This document shows, in pieces, positions 11,020 through 20,056 of a stretch of DNA of 57,947 nt. The stretch is from Alphaproteobacteria bacterium MarineAlpha5_Bin7 (GTDB taxonomy: Bacteria; Pseudomonadota; Alphaproteobacteria; HIMB59; GCA-002718135), in NCBI GenBank assembly GCA_002938195.1, contig PTKX01000005.1, forward strand, positions 1 through 57,947. The letters run 5' to 3'. Numbering within the stretch: the first letter of the stretch is position 1; each line of letters begins with the position of its first letter. Made by a program: the position numbers and the translations under genes. Below the pieces are notes generated by a model. The model had not been told where the DNA came from and did no database searches. It saw only the letters and a program-made list of their open reading frames with translations.

Positions 11020-11577
11020 TTAATTCTTAGCTTTTGCTTCTTCATCATTATTTATTTTTTTTTTGGATCTATTAAGTGATTTTTCTAATTCTTTGAATGT
11101 GCATAACCCAATATCCATTGGGCTTTTAGATTCAAAGATAGCTTCTCTGTACGTTCCGTTTCTAATCGCAACCACGGTATTTTTTGTTGAACCAGTAAGT
11201 TTAGCTATTTGTGAATCTGTTAGTTCAACTGGGTATCTTTTTATTAACCAAAGTATTGCATGTGGTTTTTCTTGTCTCAAGGATATAGGCGTATACTTTG
11301 TATCTTTTTTCCTTGGGGGCAAACTTTCTATAATTTCTGAAGAGATTAGTTCCAATCTAGCATTATTATCTTGTTCACACCTTTTTATTTCATCGCGAGT
11401 TAACTGGTTATTATCGATAGGATCATAACCCTGCATGCCTATAGCAACGTCACCATCTGCAATTCCTTGAACCTCTAGTTCGTGAAGACCACAAAACTCA
11501 GAAATTTGAGTAAAAGAGAGAGTAGTATTTTCTATTAACCAAACTGCTGTAGCTTTTGGCATTAGCGGTAGTTTCAT
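11020..11577 (-). CDS. trcR: DUF1013 family / TrcR transcription regulator
   Basis: PLMPKATAVWLIENTTLSFTQISEFCGLHELEVQGIADG, KYTP.S.RQ.KP.AI.WL. Confidence 0.9.
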   Translation of the reverse strand: MKLPLMPKATAVWLIENTTLSFTQISEFCGLHELEVQGIADGDVAIGMQGYDPIDNNQLTRDEIKRCEQDNNARLELISSEIIESLPPRKKDTKYTPISLRQEKPHAILWLIKRYPVELTDSQIAKLTGSTKNTVVAIRNGTYREAIFESKSPMDIGLCTFKELEKSLNRSKKKINNDEEAKAKN

Positions 11578-11646
11578 ATTTTGCCTTTTTTAATTAACAA
11601 GCTCTTATAAATATATTAATAACAAATAAACAGGAAAATATTAATA

Positions 11647-11829
11647 ATGGATGATTTTTTAGAATTTGATGGAGAAAAAAAAACAATAAAATCCATCAGT
11701 TTAGAAGATTTTAGTGTTGAGGATTTGCAAAAATATATAAATGAATTAAAAAAAGAAATTGAGCGTACTGAAAAGGAACTAATTAAAAAAAATAAAATTC
11801 AGGAAGACGCAAAAAAGTATTTTAAATAA
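11647..11829 (+). CDS. DUF1192 family small coiled-coil protein
   Basis: L..FSVEDL..YI..LK.EIER....K....A...FK pattern; usual position next to rpmE. Confidence 0.8.
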   Translation: MDDFLEFDGEKKTIKSISLEDFSVEDLQKYINELKKEIERTEKELIKKNKIQEDAKKYFK

Positions 11830-12057
11830 TTACTTAACTACCTTTAGTCCTTTAAATCTTTTTTCAAAACGCGCAACTTGACCTTCACTATCATTTATGT
11901 TTGTTTTACCACCTGTCCATGCAGGGTGTGATTTTGGATCAATTTCAAGTTTAAGTTTATCAGATTCTTTTCCCCAAGTGGATCTTGTCTTAAATGAAGA
12001 ACCATCAGTCATGATCACTTCAATATCGTGATAATCAGGATGAATTTTTTTTTTCAT
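11830..12057 (-). CDS. rpmE: 50S ribosomal protein L31
   Basis: [38 protein letters not shown]. Confidence 0.97.
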   Translation of the reverse strand: MKKKIHPDYHDIEVIMTDGSSFKTRSTWGKESDKLKLEIDPKSHPAWTGGKTNINDSEGQVARFEKRFKGLKVVK

Positions 12058-12094
12058 GATTGAGGCTTATAAGTATACTTTTAATAAAGTAAAG

Positions 12095-12874
12095 TCAGTT
12101 TTTTAGATTATTTATCATTAATTCATGAATATGGGCATTTGATACTAAAATATCTTTAGAATTGATATTCCATTTATTCCCATCTAATTCTGTAATTTTG
12201 CCACCAGCTTCCTTGACAAGTAAGATTCCACTAGAAACATCCCATATATTTAAACCTCGCTCCCAGAATCCATCTAATTTTCCTGCAGCTACATAAGCAA
12301 GATCAATTGCAGCTGACCCCATCCTTCTAATTCCTGAGCTATCTTTTGCAATATTGTATATTTCTTTCATATGTTTATCTTCAATTTCATTTGAATGTGG
12401 AATACCTGTTCCAATTATTGATGTTTCTAAATTATGACGTTTTGAAACTCTTAATCTTTTGTTGTTACACCAGGCTCCGTTCCCCTTTGATGCCCAGAAA
12501 AATTCATCAGATATTGGATTAAATATTACTCCATCAGTAATTTCATCATCTTTTATTTTTGCCACCACAATACCAATAATGGGAATACCATGAATAAAAT
12601 TAGTTGTTCCATCTATTGGATCAATTACTATCATTTCTTCATTTCCTTTAATTAAACCTTTTTCTTCAGACAAGTAAGTGACATCAGGAAAATACTTTTG
12701 AAGAGTTTCTAATAATGATTTCTCTACATTAATATCTGCATTCGTTACAAAATCTCCAACACTTTTAGAATTAATTTGTAAATTTTCTATTTCTCCAAAA
12801 TCTCTTATTAACATTTTACTAGCTTTTCGTACTGCTTTTTCAAAAATGTTTATTATAGGAGGTTGATTAAACAT
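12095..12874 (-). CDS. suhB: Inositol monophosphatase family protein SuhB
   Basis: DFVTNAD, IDPIDGTTNFIHG, RRMGSAAIDLAYVAAG, WDV. Confidence 0.93.
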   Translation of the reverse strand: MFNQPPIINIFEKAVRKASKMLIRDFGEIENLQINSKSVGDFVTNADINVEKSLLETLQKYFPDVTYLSEEKGLIKGNEEMIVIDPIDGTTNFIHGIPIIGIVVAKIKDDEITDGVIFNPISDEFFWASKGNGAWCNNKRLRVSKRHNLETSIIGTGIPHSNEIEDKHMKEIYNIAKDSSGIRRMGSAAIDLAYVAAGKLDGFWERGLNIWDVSSGILLVKEAGGKITELDGNKWNINSKDILVSNAHIHELMINNLKN

Positions 12875-12876
12875 AC

Positions 12877-13446
12877 TTATTTTTTTAATTTTTCAACGTA
12901 GCTTCCGTCAATAGTGCTAACTACTATTTCATCCCCTGTTTCAATAAATTGTGGAACATTGGTTTTAATTCCATTTTCAAGCATTGCAGGTTTGTAAGAA
13001 GCAGAAGCGGTTTGACCTTTTACAACAGCATCAGACTCTATTACTTTAAAGCTGATATTATCAGGTAATATTAATGATATAGGACTAGATTCATAAAATT
13101 GGATTATTACACTTTGATTTTCTTTTAAAAAAACTTTCTGATCTTGTGAAATAATATCATTGCCAATTTCAATTTGCTCATAATCTATACTATCCATAAA
13201 AATAGATTTATCTTCCGAATTATATAAGAACTGACATTCTTTTTCGTCTAGCACAGCTCTCTCGACACTTTCAGATGATCTAAATCTTGAATTTTTTTTA
13301 GTTCCTTCTTTAATATCTTTCATTTCAACCTGTAAATATGCTCCACCTTTTCCAGGTTGTGTATGTTGAGTTTTTAAAACCTTCCAAAGTCTATTTTCTA
13401 TTTCTAAGATATTACCAACTTTGATTTGGTTTCCATCTATTTTCAT
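12877..13446 (-). CDS. efp: Elongation factor P
   Basis: HTQPGKGGAY, KGQTASASYKPA, VPQFIETG, GSYVEK. Confidence 0.97.
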   Translation of the reverse strand: MKIDGNQIKVGNILEIENRLWKVLKTQHTQPGKGGAYLQVEMKDIKEGTKKNSRFRSSESVERAVLDEKECQFLYNSEDKSIFMDSIDYEQIEIGNDIISQDQKVFLKENQSVIIQFYESSPISLILPDNISFKVIESDAVVKGQTASASYKPAMLENGIKTNVPQFIETGDEIVVSTIDGSYVEKLKK

Positions 13447-13479
13447 AACCTGCCTTACTTAAAATCAATTTAATATATT

Positions 13480-13887
13480 TTAACCAGCTAATATATTAGT
13501 GATTTTTTTGTTAATATGCTTAATTCTAGATAGATCTACTATACTAAAATTTGGATTTAATGAAACTTTATTTTTTCTTGCAATTTGATTTAATCTTTTT
13601 AAAGTATTTTTATCTGCCTCAGTTTTTAAGTATTCAACTTCCAATTCTAATAAATCAATAAGCAACCCGTAATTTTTTTTACAATCTATAAATAATTTAT
13701 ATTTATTTTTAATTTTATTTTCTTTTATTGAATTATTAAATTCAACCAGCCAATCTCTTCCTAATCGATTAATCATAAAATATTTTATAAATAAAACTGG
13801 CAATATCTTTTTATTTATACATGCGTTGATGGTTTCTATTGCTTGTTGATATGAAATGATAGCAAAGCAATATTTTTTATATTTCAC
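13480..13887 (-). CDS. Hypothetical protein (GTG start), abutting gap
   Basis: 135-aa ORF filling the space between gap and efp; FIDC...G and L..IA pattern. Confidence 0.65.
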   Translation of the reverse strand: MKYKKYCFAIISYQQAIETINACINKKILPVLFIKYFMINRLGRDWLVEFNNSIKENKIKNKYKLFIDCKKNYGLLIDLLELEVEYLKTEADKNTLKRLNQIARKNKVSLNPNFSIVDLSRIKHINKKITNILAG

Positions 13888-14892
13888 TTATAATATTTTT
13901 TTTAGGTTTATTAGAGTGTCTACCATTCTATTTGAAAAACCCCATTCATTATCATACCATGATAATACTCTACAAAATTTATTATTAATTACTTGGGTTT
14001 GAGTTAAATCAAAAATAGAACTGTGAATATTATGATTAAAATCTATAGATACCAATGGTAATTGATTAACTGACAAAATATTCTTCATATTTTTTTTCTT
14101 ACTAGCATTTATCATTGCTTTATTTATTTTATTTATTGTTGTTGCTTTTTTTGAAATAAAAGTAAGATCTATTAATGAAACATTTTGTGTAGGAACTCTT
14201 ATAGCTGTTCCATCTAATTTTCCAACCAAAGAGGGCAAAACTAAGCCTATTGCTTTTGCAGCTCCAGTTGTTGTTGGTATCATAGATGTGGAAGCTGCGC
14301 GCGCCCTTCTAAGATCTGTATGATTTTGATCTACAGTTCTTTGATCTCCGGTGAAGCTATGAATAGTAGTCATAAATCCTGATTCAATTCCTACTAATTT
14401 TTCTAAAACCATTACAATTGGTGCTAGACAATTGGTTGTACAAGAGCCATTTGAAATAATTTTATGCTTTGAATGTAATTTGTTATTATTTACTCCCTGC
14501 ACTATTGTAATGTCAGCGTTTTTAGCCGGAGCTGATATTAGTACTTTTTTGGCACCTGCTTTGATATGTTGCAAAGATTTTTCCTTTGATGCAAAAATTC
14601 CACTGCACTCAAGAACTACATCTACACCTAGTTTTTTCCAAGGAAGTTTGGATGGATCTTTTTCTGATAAAAATAATATATTTTTATCATTATATTTTAA
14701 TCCTGATTTTGTTTTTTTAATTTTTAGTGGAAATTGACCATGAGAGCTATCATAACGCAACAAGTGATGACTTGATTCTATTGAGCCCAATTCATTTATA
14801 GCTATAATATTAATATTTTTGATTTTTCTTTCTAAATAAGCTCTAAATACAAGTTTACCAATTCTACCAAATCCATTTATTGCAACTTTCAT
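13888..14892 (-). CDS. gap: Type I glyceraldehyde-3-phosphate dehydrogenase
   Basis: AINGFGRIG, SNGSCTTNCLAP, PTTTGAAKA, WYDNEWGFS. Confidence 0.97.
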   Translation of the reverse strand: MKVAINGFGRIGKLVFRAYLERKIKNINIIAINELGSIESSHHLLRYDSSHGQFPLKIKKTKSGLKYNDKNILFLSEKDPSKLPWKKLGVDVVLECSGIFASKEKSLQHIKAGAKKVLISAPAKNADITIVQGVNNNKLHSKHKIISNGSCTTNCLAPIVMVLEKLVGIESGFMTTIHSFTGDQRTVDQNHTDLRRARAASTSMIPTTTGAAKAIGLVLPSLVGKLDGTAIRVPTQNVSLIDLTFISKKATTINKINKAMINASKKKNMKNILSVNQLPLVSIDFNHNIHSSIFDLTQTQVINNKFCRVLSWYDNEWGFSNRMVDTLINLKKIL

Positions 14893-16872
14893 TTATATAA
14901 CTTTTGCTTTTATATTATTTTTTATCATTTTTATAAGGTTTTCAGAATTAATTCCAAAGTGATCATAAAGCTCTTTATAAGGAGCACTGGCCCCAAATGA
15001 ATTCATACCTAAAAAATTATCACTTGGGACGAATTTTTCCCATCCATTAATGACGGCTGCTTCTATGGCGAATATTGGCTTTTTACCTAATATCTTATTT
15101 TTATATTTAATATCTTGTTTTGAAAAAAATTCCCAAGATGGAAAAGAAATAACTCTTAGATAAAAATCTTCTACTTTTAAATTATTAGAAGCTTCAACGG
15201 CAATCTCAACTTCTGACCCAGTAGCTAAAACTGTTGCATCATATTGATCAAAATCAATTACGGGGTAGGCACCTAATTCAACATAATTTTTATCTATTTT
15301 TGAATTTCTTAATAAGGGTAAATTTTGTCTAGTAAGAACTAAAACAGTTGGGGTAGAATTTGCTTTTAAAGCAGCTTCCCATGATTCTATAGTTTCAATA
15401 ATATCACAAGGTCTTATAACATTTAAATTAGGAATAGATCTTAGAGATGCTAAGTGTTCTACCGGTTGATGAGTTGGCCCATCCTCACCGAGACCAATTG
15501 AGTCATGTGTCATTACATATATTACAGGCAGTTTCATAATTGATGCCAATCTAATGGAGGGTCGACAATAATCTGTAAATACAAGGAAAGTGCCTCCATA
15601 AGGCTTTAATCCTCCATGTAAGGCTAAGCCATTCATTATACCAGCCATAGCGTGCTCTCTTACTCCGTAATATATATATCTTCCAGAAAAATCATTTTTT
15701 GAAATAATTTTCATATTACTTGCCTTAGTATTATTAGAACCAGTTAGATCTGCAGAACCACCAATCAAATTATCAAGATGTTGAGTAAAAATGTCTAAAG
15801 AACTTTCACTAGCCTTTCTGGTAGCGCAGCTAGTTTTTTTATTTAAGTGATTATTTTTAAAAACATTGATTGATTCTTTGACTTCAGGAGATAGATTGCT
15901 AGAAAAATATTTTTTATATTCTGAATTATCTTTTATTTTATTAAATTCATTTTTCCATTCTTGGATATCTTTATCATTTCTCTTAGAAAAATTTCTCCAT
16001 ATATCTAAAATATCATTTGGAATTTCAAAAGGCTCGTATGACCAATTTAAATTTTTTCTAGTTAAATTTACCTCTTCTTCACCAAGAGGCGACCCATGTG
16101 ACGAAGAAGATGACTCTTTGTTTGGAGATCCAAAGCCTATTTTAGTCTTACAAGAAATTAAAGTTGGATTTGTATTTGATTTAGCTTTATTTATTGCTGC
16201 TGATATTTCCTCTTGATTATGACCATCAATACTTAAAGTTTGCCAACCGTAAGCGCTAAATCTTTTTATTACATCATCTGATGTAGAAAGATTAGTACTG
16301 CCGTCAATTGAAATAGAATTGTTATCAAAAAAAACTATCAATTTTGATAAGTTTAAGTGTCCTGCCAAACTACATGCTTCATGGCTTAAACCTTCCATCA
16401 AACATCCATCCCCTGCAAATACATATGTAAAATGATTTATGATTTTAGAGCTAAATTTTGATTGAAGAATTTTTTCAGCTAATGCCATCCCAACACCATT
16501 TGCTAGTCCTTGAGACAAGGGACCTGTCGTTGTTTCTATACCAGATAATTCTAAATATTCAGGATGCCCAGCTGTAGAGGAGCCTAGTTGTCTGAAATTT
16601 TTTATATCCTCAATTGTAATATCCTTGTATCCACTTAAATATAAACAGGCGTATAAAAGCATAGAACCATGCCCATTAGAGATAACAAGGCGATCACGAT
16701 CTAGCCATTTTGGATTTAAGGGATCAAATTTTAAATGATCTTTATATAGCGAAGTGGCAATATCAGCCATTCCCATAGGCATTCCTGGGTGGCCTGACTT
16801 AGCTTTTTCGACTGCATCAATTGATAGAAATCTTATACAGTTAGCTAATTTTTGAAAAATTTGAGAATCCAT
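14893..16872 (-). CDS. tkt: Transketolase
   Basis: SGHPGMPMG, SNGHGSML, GDGCLMEG, THDSIGLGEDGPTHQPVEH. Confidence 0.98.
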   Translation of the reverse strand: MDSQIFQKLANCIRFLSIDAVEKAKSGHPGMPMGMADIATSLYKDHLKFDPLNPKWLDRDRLVISNGHGSMLLYACLYLSGYKDITIEDIKNFRQLGSSTAGHPEYLELSGIETTTGPLSQGLANGVGMALAEKILQSKFSSKIINHFTYVFAGDGCLMEGLSHEACSLAGHLNLSKLIVFFDNNSISIDGSTNLSTSDDVIKRFSAYGWQTLSIDGHNQEEISAAINKAKSNTNPTLISCKTKIGFGSPNKESSSSSHGSPLGEEEVNLTRKNLNWSYEPFEIPNDILDIWRNFSKRNDKDIQEWKNEFNKIKDNSEYKKYFSSNLSPEVKESINVFKNNHLNKKTSCATRKASESSLDIFTQHLDNLIGGSADLTGSNNTKASNMKIISKNDFSGRYIYYGVREHAMAGIMNGLALHGGLKPYGGTFLVFTDYCRPSIRLASIMKLPVIYVMTHDSIGLGEDGPTHQPVEHLASLRSIPNLNVIRPCDIIETIESWEAALKANSTPTVLVLTRQNLPLLRNSKIDKNYVELGAYPVIDFDQYDATVLATGSEVEIAVEASNNLKVEDFYLRVISFPSWEFFSKQDIKYKNKILGKKPIFAIEAAVINGWEKFVPSDNFLGMNSFGASAPYKELYDHFGINSENLIKMIKNNIKAKVI

Positions 16873-16937
16873 AAATTTTAGGTAACTATTTCTGTCAGTT
16901 TATAAAGACTATTATACTAATATTAAGTCTCATTAAA

Positions 16938-16966
16938 GTGACTTTTTTTATAAATAAAACTATAAA
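16938..16966 (+). promoter_or_regulatory. Putative sigma70 promoter for the zapA-ygfA-ymdB unit (likely leaderless)
   Basis: GTGACT (16938-43), 17-nt spacer, TATAAA (16961-66), 5 nt before the ATG at 16972; no Shine-Dalgarno sequence. Confidence 0.45.
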
Positions 16967-16971
16967 TAATT

Positions 16972-17154
16972 ATGAATCTTTTGAAAAAAATTGAAAATTT
17001 AAAAAATACCCTAAACAAATTTGAAAATATGGTTGATGAATTAGGCGATAATATCATTAGTAAACAAGAAAAAATTAATCATTTAAAGCAAAAAATTGAA
17101 GAAAATGTCAAAAGAATCGATGAAATAATTCAAAATTCAGATGCCGATTCTTAA
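16972..17154 (+). CDS. Small coiled-coil protein upstream of zapA (DUF4164/ZapB-like position)
   Basis: Heptad-rich 60 aa; overlaps the zapA start; usual position divergent from tkt. Confidence 0.65.
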   Translation: MNLLKKIENLKNTLNKFENMVDELGDNIISKQEKINHLKQKIEENVKRIDEIIQNSDADS

Positions 17155-17542
17155 AACTCAAATTTTAGGATCTATAGTAGAGATTAATTATGAAACAGAT
17201 GAAAAGCAAAGACTATTATTTATAATAGATAAATTTAATCAAAGATTAAAAGAATTTCAAAAACTAGAAGGTCAAGTTAGCGATAAAAAAATTATTTATC
17301 TTGCTGCATTAAAAATTGAGAACGAGCTTAAAGAAAATAATGAAAAAAAATCTAGTTATGAAAATAGTAAATACTTAGCGAAGGAAAATATTGAACTTAA
17401 AGATAAAATAAATGAATTAAATTTAGAAATTAAAGAATTAAAAAGTGTTAATTTGAAAGCATTAGATGAAATTGATAAAATAGAATTAAAATTAAATCAG
17501 TTAATTAAAAATATTTTAAAGTCTAAAATTGATGAATATTGA
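17141..17542 (+). CDS. zapA: Cell division protein ZapA
   Basis: N-terminal I.G....I......E..RL, ..LAAL.I..EL followed by a coiled coil; synteny with tkt and ygfA. Confidence 0.8.
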   Translation: MPILKTQILGSIVEINYETDEKQRLLFIIDKFNQRLKEFQKLEGQVSDKKIIYLAALKIENELKENNEKKSSYENSKYLAKENIELKDKINELNLEIKELKSVNLKALDEIDKIELKLNQLIKNILKSKIDEY

Positions 17543-18107
17543 AATAGAAAAAAAAAATCAAAGAAAAAGTGCAAATATAAAGAGAGAAAAACTTTTTTCT
17601 GCAAATAAAAATACTCAAGTAAATTTTATTAGGAATTTAGAAAAATTAGACTTATTTAAAAAAGCTAAAATTATAGGAAGTTTTGTTTCAATTAGAACTG
17701 AAATTTCAACCCTTGAAATAAATCATTTTATTTTAAAAAATGACAAACAATTATGTTTGCCTAAGATTAATGGCATGTCTAATGAATTGATTTTTAAAGA
17801 ATATGATTTTAAATCTAAACTTGTTACTGGTAAATATGGAACTCAGGAACCAAATAATAATAATCAAGATTTATTACCTGAAATTATTCTCACTCCCTGT
17901 TTAGCTTTCGATATGCAAGGATATAGACTTGGATACGGAGGAGGTTATTATGATAGGACATTTGATTTTTATGAAAAAATCAATCATGATTACATTTCTA
18001 TTGTTGTTGCTTATTCAGATCAAAAAGTAGATAAGGTATTTCATAATGATTTAGATAAAAGAATCGACTACGTATTAACAGAAAAAGAATTATATAAAAT
18101 TAAATGA
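17529..18107 (+). CDS. ygfA: 5-formyltetrahydrofolate cyclo-ligase
   Basis: P.LAFD..GYRLGYGGGYYDRT, D..ID..LTE. Confidence 0.93.
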   Translation: MMNIEIEKKNQRKSANIKREKLFSANKNTQVNFIRNLEKLDLFKKAKIIGSFVSIRTEISTLEINHFILKNDKQLCLPKINGMSNELIFKEYDFKSKLVTGKYGTQEPNNNNQDLLPEIILTPCLAFDMQGYRLGYGGGYYDRTFDFYEKINHDYISIVVAYSDQKVDKVFHNDLDKRIDYVLTEKELYKIK

Positions 18108-18892
18108 AAATCATTTTTATTGGAGATATAGTAGGAAGGTCAGGAAGAGAAGCATTAAGCAATAATCTTAGTTTAATAAAAAAAAAATATCAACCTGATG
18201 TTATTGTAGCAAACGCGGAGAATGCTGCAGCAGGTTATGGCTTAAATAAAAAAATAGCTACCGAACTGATTGAGCAAGGAGTTGATGTTTTAACATTAGG
18301 AAATCATGCATGGGATCAAAAAGAAATGCTTTCCTATATTGAAGAATGTTCACAAATAGTTAGAGCTATAAATTATCCTGAGGGAGTGCCAGGTAGGGGG
18401 GAATGTAAAGTAGTTTTAGAAGATGGAAGATCCCTTATTGTTATTCAATCAATGCTTAGATTATTTATGGGCTTATCTTTAGATGATCCTTTTTTTTCTA
18501 TTAAAAAAAGATTATCTTCAGAATTTCTAGGCAGCACTGTAAATGCAATTATTGTTGATTTACATGGTGAGGCCACTTCCGAAAAAAATGCTTTTGCTCA
18601 TTATGTGGACGGCAAAGTAACAGCTGTATTAGGAACCCATACTCATATACCTACTGCCGATGCTAGAATTTTAGATAATGGTACTGCTTATCAAACTGAT
18701 GTGGGCATGACAGGAAACTATAATTCAGTGATTGGTATGGAAAAAGAAGGACCCATACATGGATTTACCAAGGGATATAGACAGGAGGGGCGCTTTGTGT
18801 CAGCTGCCGGAAAAGGAAAGGTTTGCGGGGCTTTTATTGAAAGTGATGATCAAAATGGTCTAGCAAAAATTATAGAAACTTTCCAAATATAA
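18104..18892 (+). CDS. ymdB: TIGR00282/YmdB family metallophosphoesterase
   Basis: FIGDIVGRSGR, NAENAA, TLGNHAWD, DLHGEATSEK, GTHTHIPTAD, TDVGMTG. Confidence 0.93.
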   Translation: MKIIFIGDIVGRSGREALSNNLSLIKKKYQPDVIVANAENAAAGYGLNKKIATELIEQGVDVLTLGNHAWDQKEMLSYIEECSQIVRAINYPEGVPGRGECKVVLEDGRSLIVIQSMLRLFMGLSLDDPFFSIKKRLSSEFLGSTVNAIIVDLHGEATSEKNAFAHYVDGKVTAVLGTHTHIPTADARILDNGTAYQTDVGMTGNYNSVIGMEKEGPIHGFTKGYRQEGRFVSAAGKGKVCGAFIESDDQNGLAKIIETFQI

Positions 18893-18987
18893 GATTTTAC
18901 ACATAATAGACACATTGTGACAGTAATTAGCATAATTTGATGAAATTGCTTTACTAATAACGAATTAAAAATTTATACACTATTTTA

Positions 18988-19734
18988 ATGGCAGGACATT
19001 CAAAGTTTAAAAATATAATGCATCGCAAAGGTGCCCAAGATAAAAAGCGAGCAAAAATATTTTCTCGTTTGGGGAGAGAAATTTCTGTTTCAGTTAAAGA
19101 AAGCGGACCTGATCCAGAAAAAAATATTCGACTCCGTTCTGCTATTACTGCAGCTAAGTCATTAAATATGCCAAAAGATAATATTGAACGCGCAATTAAA
19201 AAGGGAGAAGGAAATGATGCTGACTCTAATTATGAAGAAGTAAGATATGAAGGTTATGGACCTTCAGGGATTGCAATAATTGTGGATGCTATGACAAATA
19301 ATAAAAATAGAACAGCTGCTGAAATTCGTTCTATTTTTAGTAAACATGGAGGAAATCTTGGAGAGACAGGTAGCGTGAGTTATAATTTTAAAAGACTAGG
19401 ATCTATATCGCTTGAAAAACAACTTGCAAATGAAGAAGATCTCTTTGAATTTGCTATAAATAATGGCTCCCAAGATTTTGAAGTTAACGAAGATAACTAT
19501 GTAGTTTATTGTGATCAAAGTCACCTTCATTCTTTAAATGAGAAAATTATTAATAAATTTGGATCAACAAAATCAACTGAATTAACTTGGATAAGTGAAA
19601 ATAATATTAAAGTACAAAAAGAATCCGCTGAAAAATTATTTAATTTATTAAATTCTTTAGAGGAAAATGATGATGTTCAAAATGTTTCTTCAAACTTTGA
19701 AGTTTCGGAAGAAATTTTACAAAGTTTAACTTAG
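18988..19734 (+). CDS. yebC: YebC/PmpR family protein
   Basis: MAGHSKFKNIMHRKGAQD, MPKDNIERAI, YEGYGPSG, LEENDDVQNV. Confidence 0.97.
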   Translation: MAGHSKFKNIMHRKGAQDKKRAKIFSRLGREISVSVKESGPDPEKNIRLRSAITAAKSLNMPKDNIERAIKKGEGNDADSNYEEVRYEGYGPSGIAIIVDAMTNNKNRTAAEIRSIFSKHGGNLGETGSVSYNFKRLGSISLEKQLANEEDLFEFAINNGSQDFEVNEDNYVVYCDQSHLHSLNEKIINKFGSTKSTELTWISENNIKVQKESAEKLFNLLNSLEENDDVQNVSSNFEVSEEILQSLT

Positions 19735-19753
19735 CTAATAGAAAGGTATTTAA

Positions 19754-20056
19754 ATGGCTGATAAAACTTGGAAAAAACGAGAAAGAGATGTCGCAAGTTA
19801 TTTTGACGGCATAAGAACGCCTTTAAGTGGAGGTAACGGAAAAGTTACTAGGGCTGATGTTATACATGAAGAACTATTTATAGAGTGTAAGTTGAGAGCG
19901 AAACATACAGCTGTTTCACTTTGGGATGATACGGCTAAGCTTGCAAAAGAAGAAGGCAAAACTCCAGTTATTGCTTTGTGTGAAAAAAATAGACCTGGAT
20001 TCTGGGTCATGGTTCATAGCAATGATTTAGAAAAAATAACTAAGAAAAAAATCTAA
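19754..20056 (+). CDS. PD-(D/E)xK nuclease, Hjc-type (archaeal/phage) Holliday junction resolvase-like
   Basis: E10-R11 helix (KRERDVA), R21-T-P-L-S-G, A-D35, I-E44-C-K46. Shine-Dalgarno GAAAGG at 19741-46; stop overlaps the tolQ start (TAATG). Confidence 0.75.
   Translation: MADKTWKKRERDVASYFDGIRTPLSGGNGKVTRADVIHEELFIECKLRAKHTAVSLWDDTAKLAKEEGKTPVIALCEKNRPGFWVMVHSNDLEKITKKKI

Noticed and set aside
18893-18987. Candidate ncRNA (relocated 6S) in the ymdB-yebC spacer
   Set aside because: Only 95 bp, AT-rich and without a long hairpin; too short for 6S and consistent with a promoter region.
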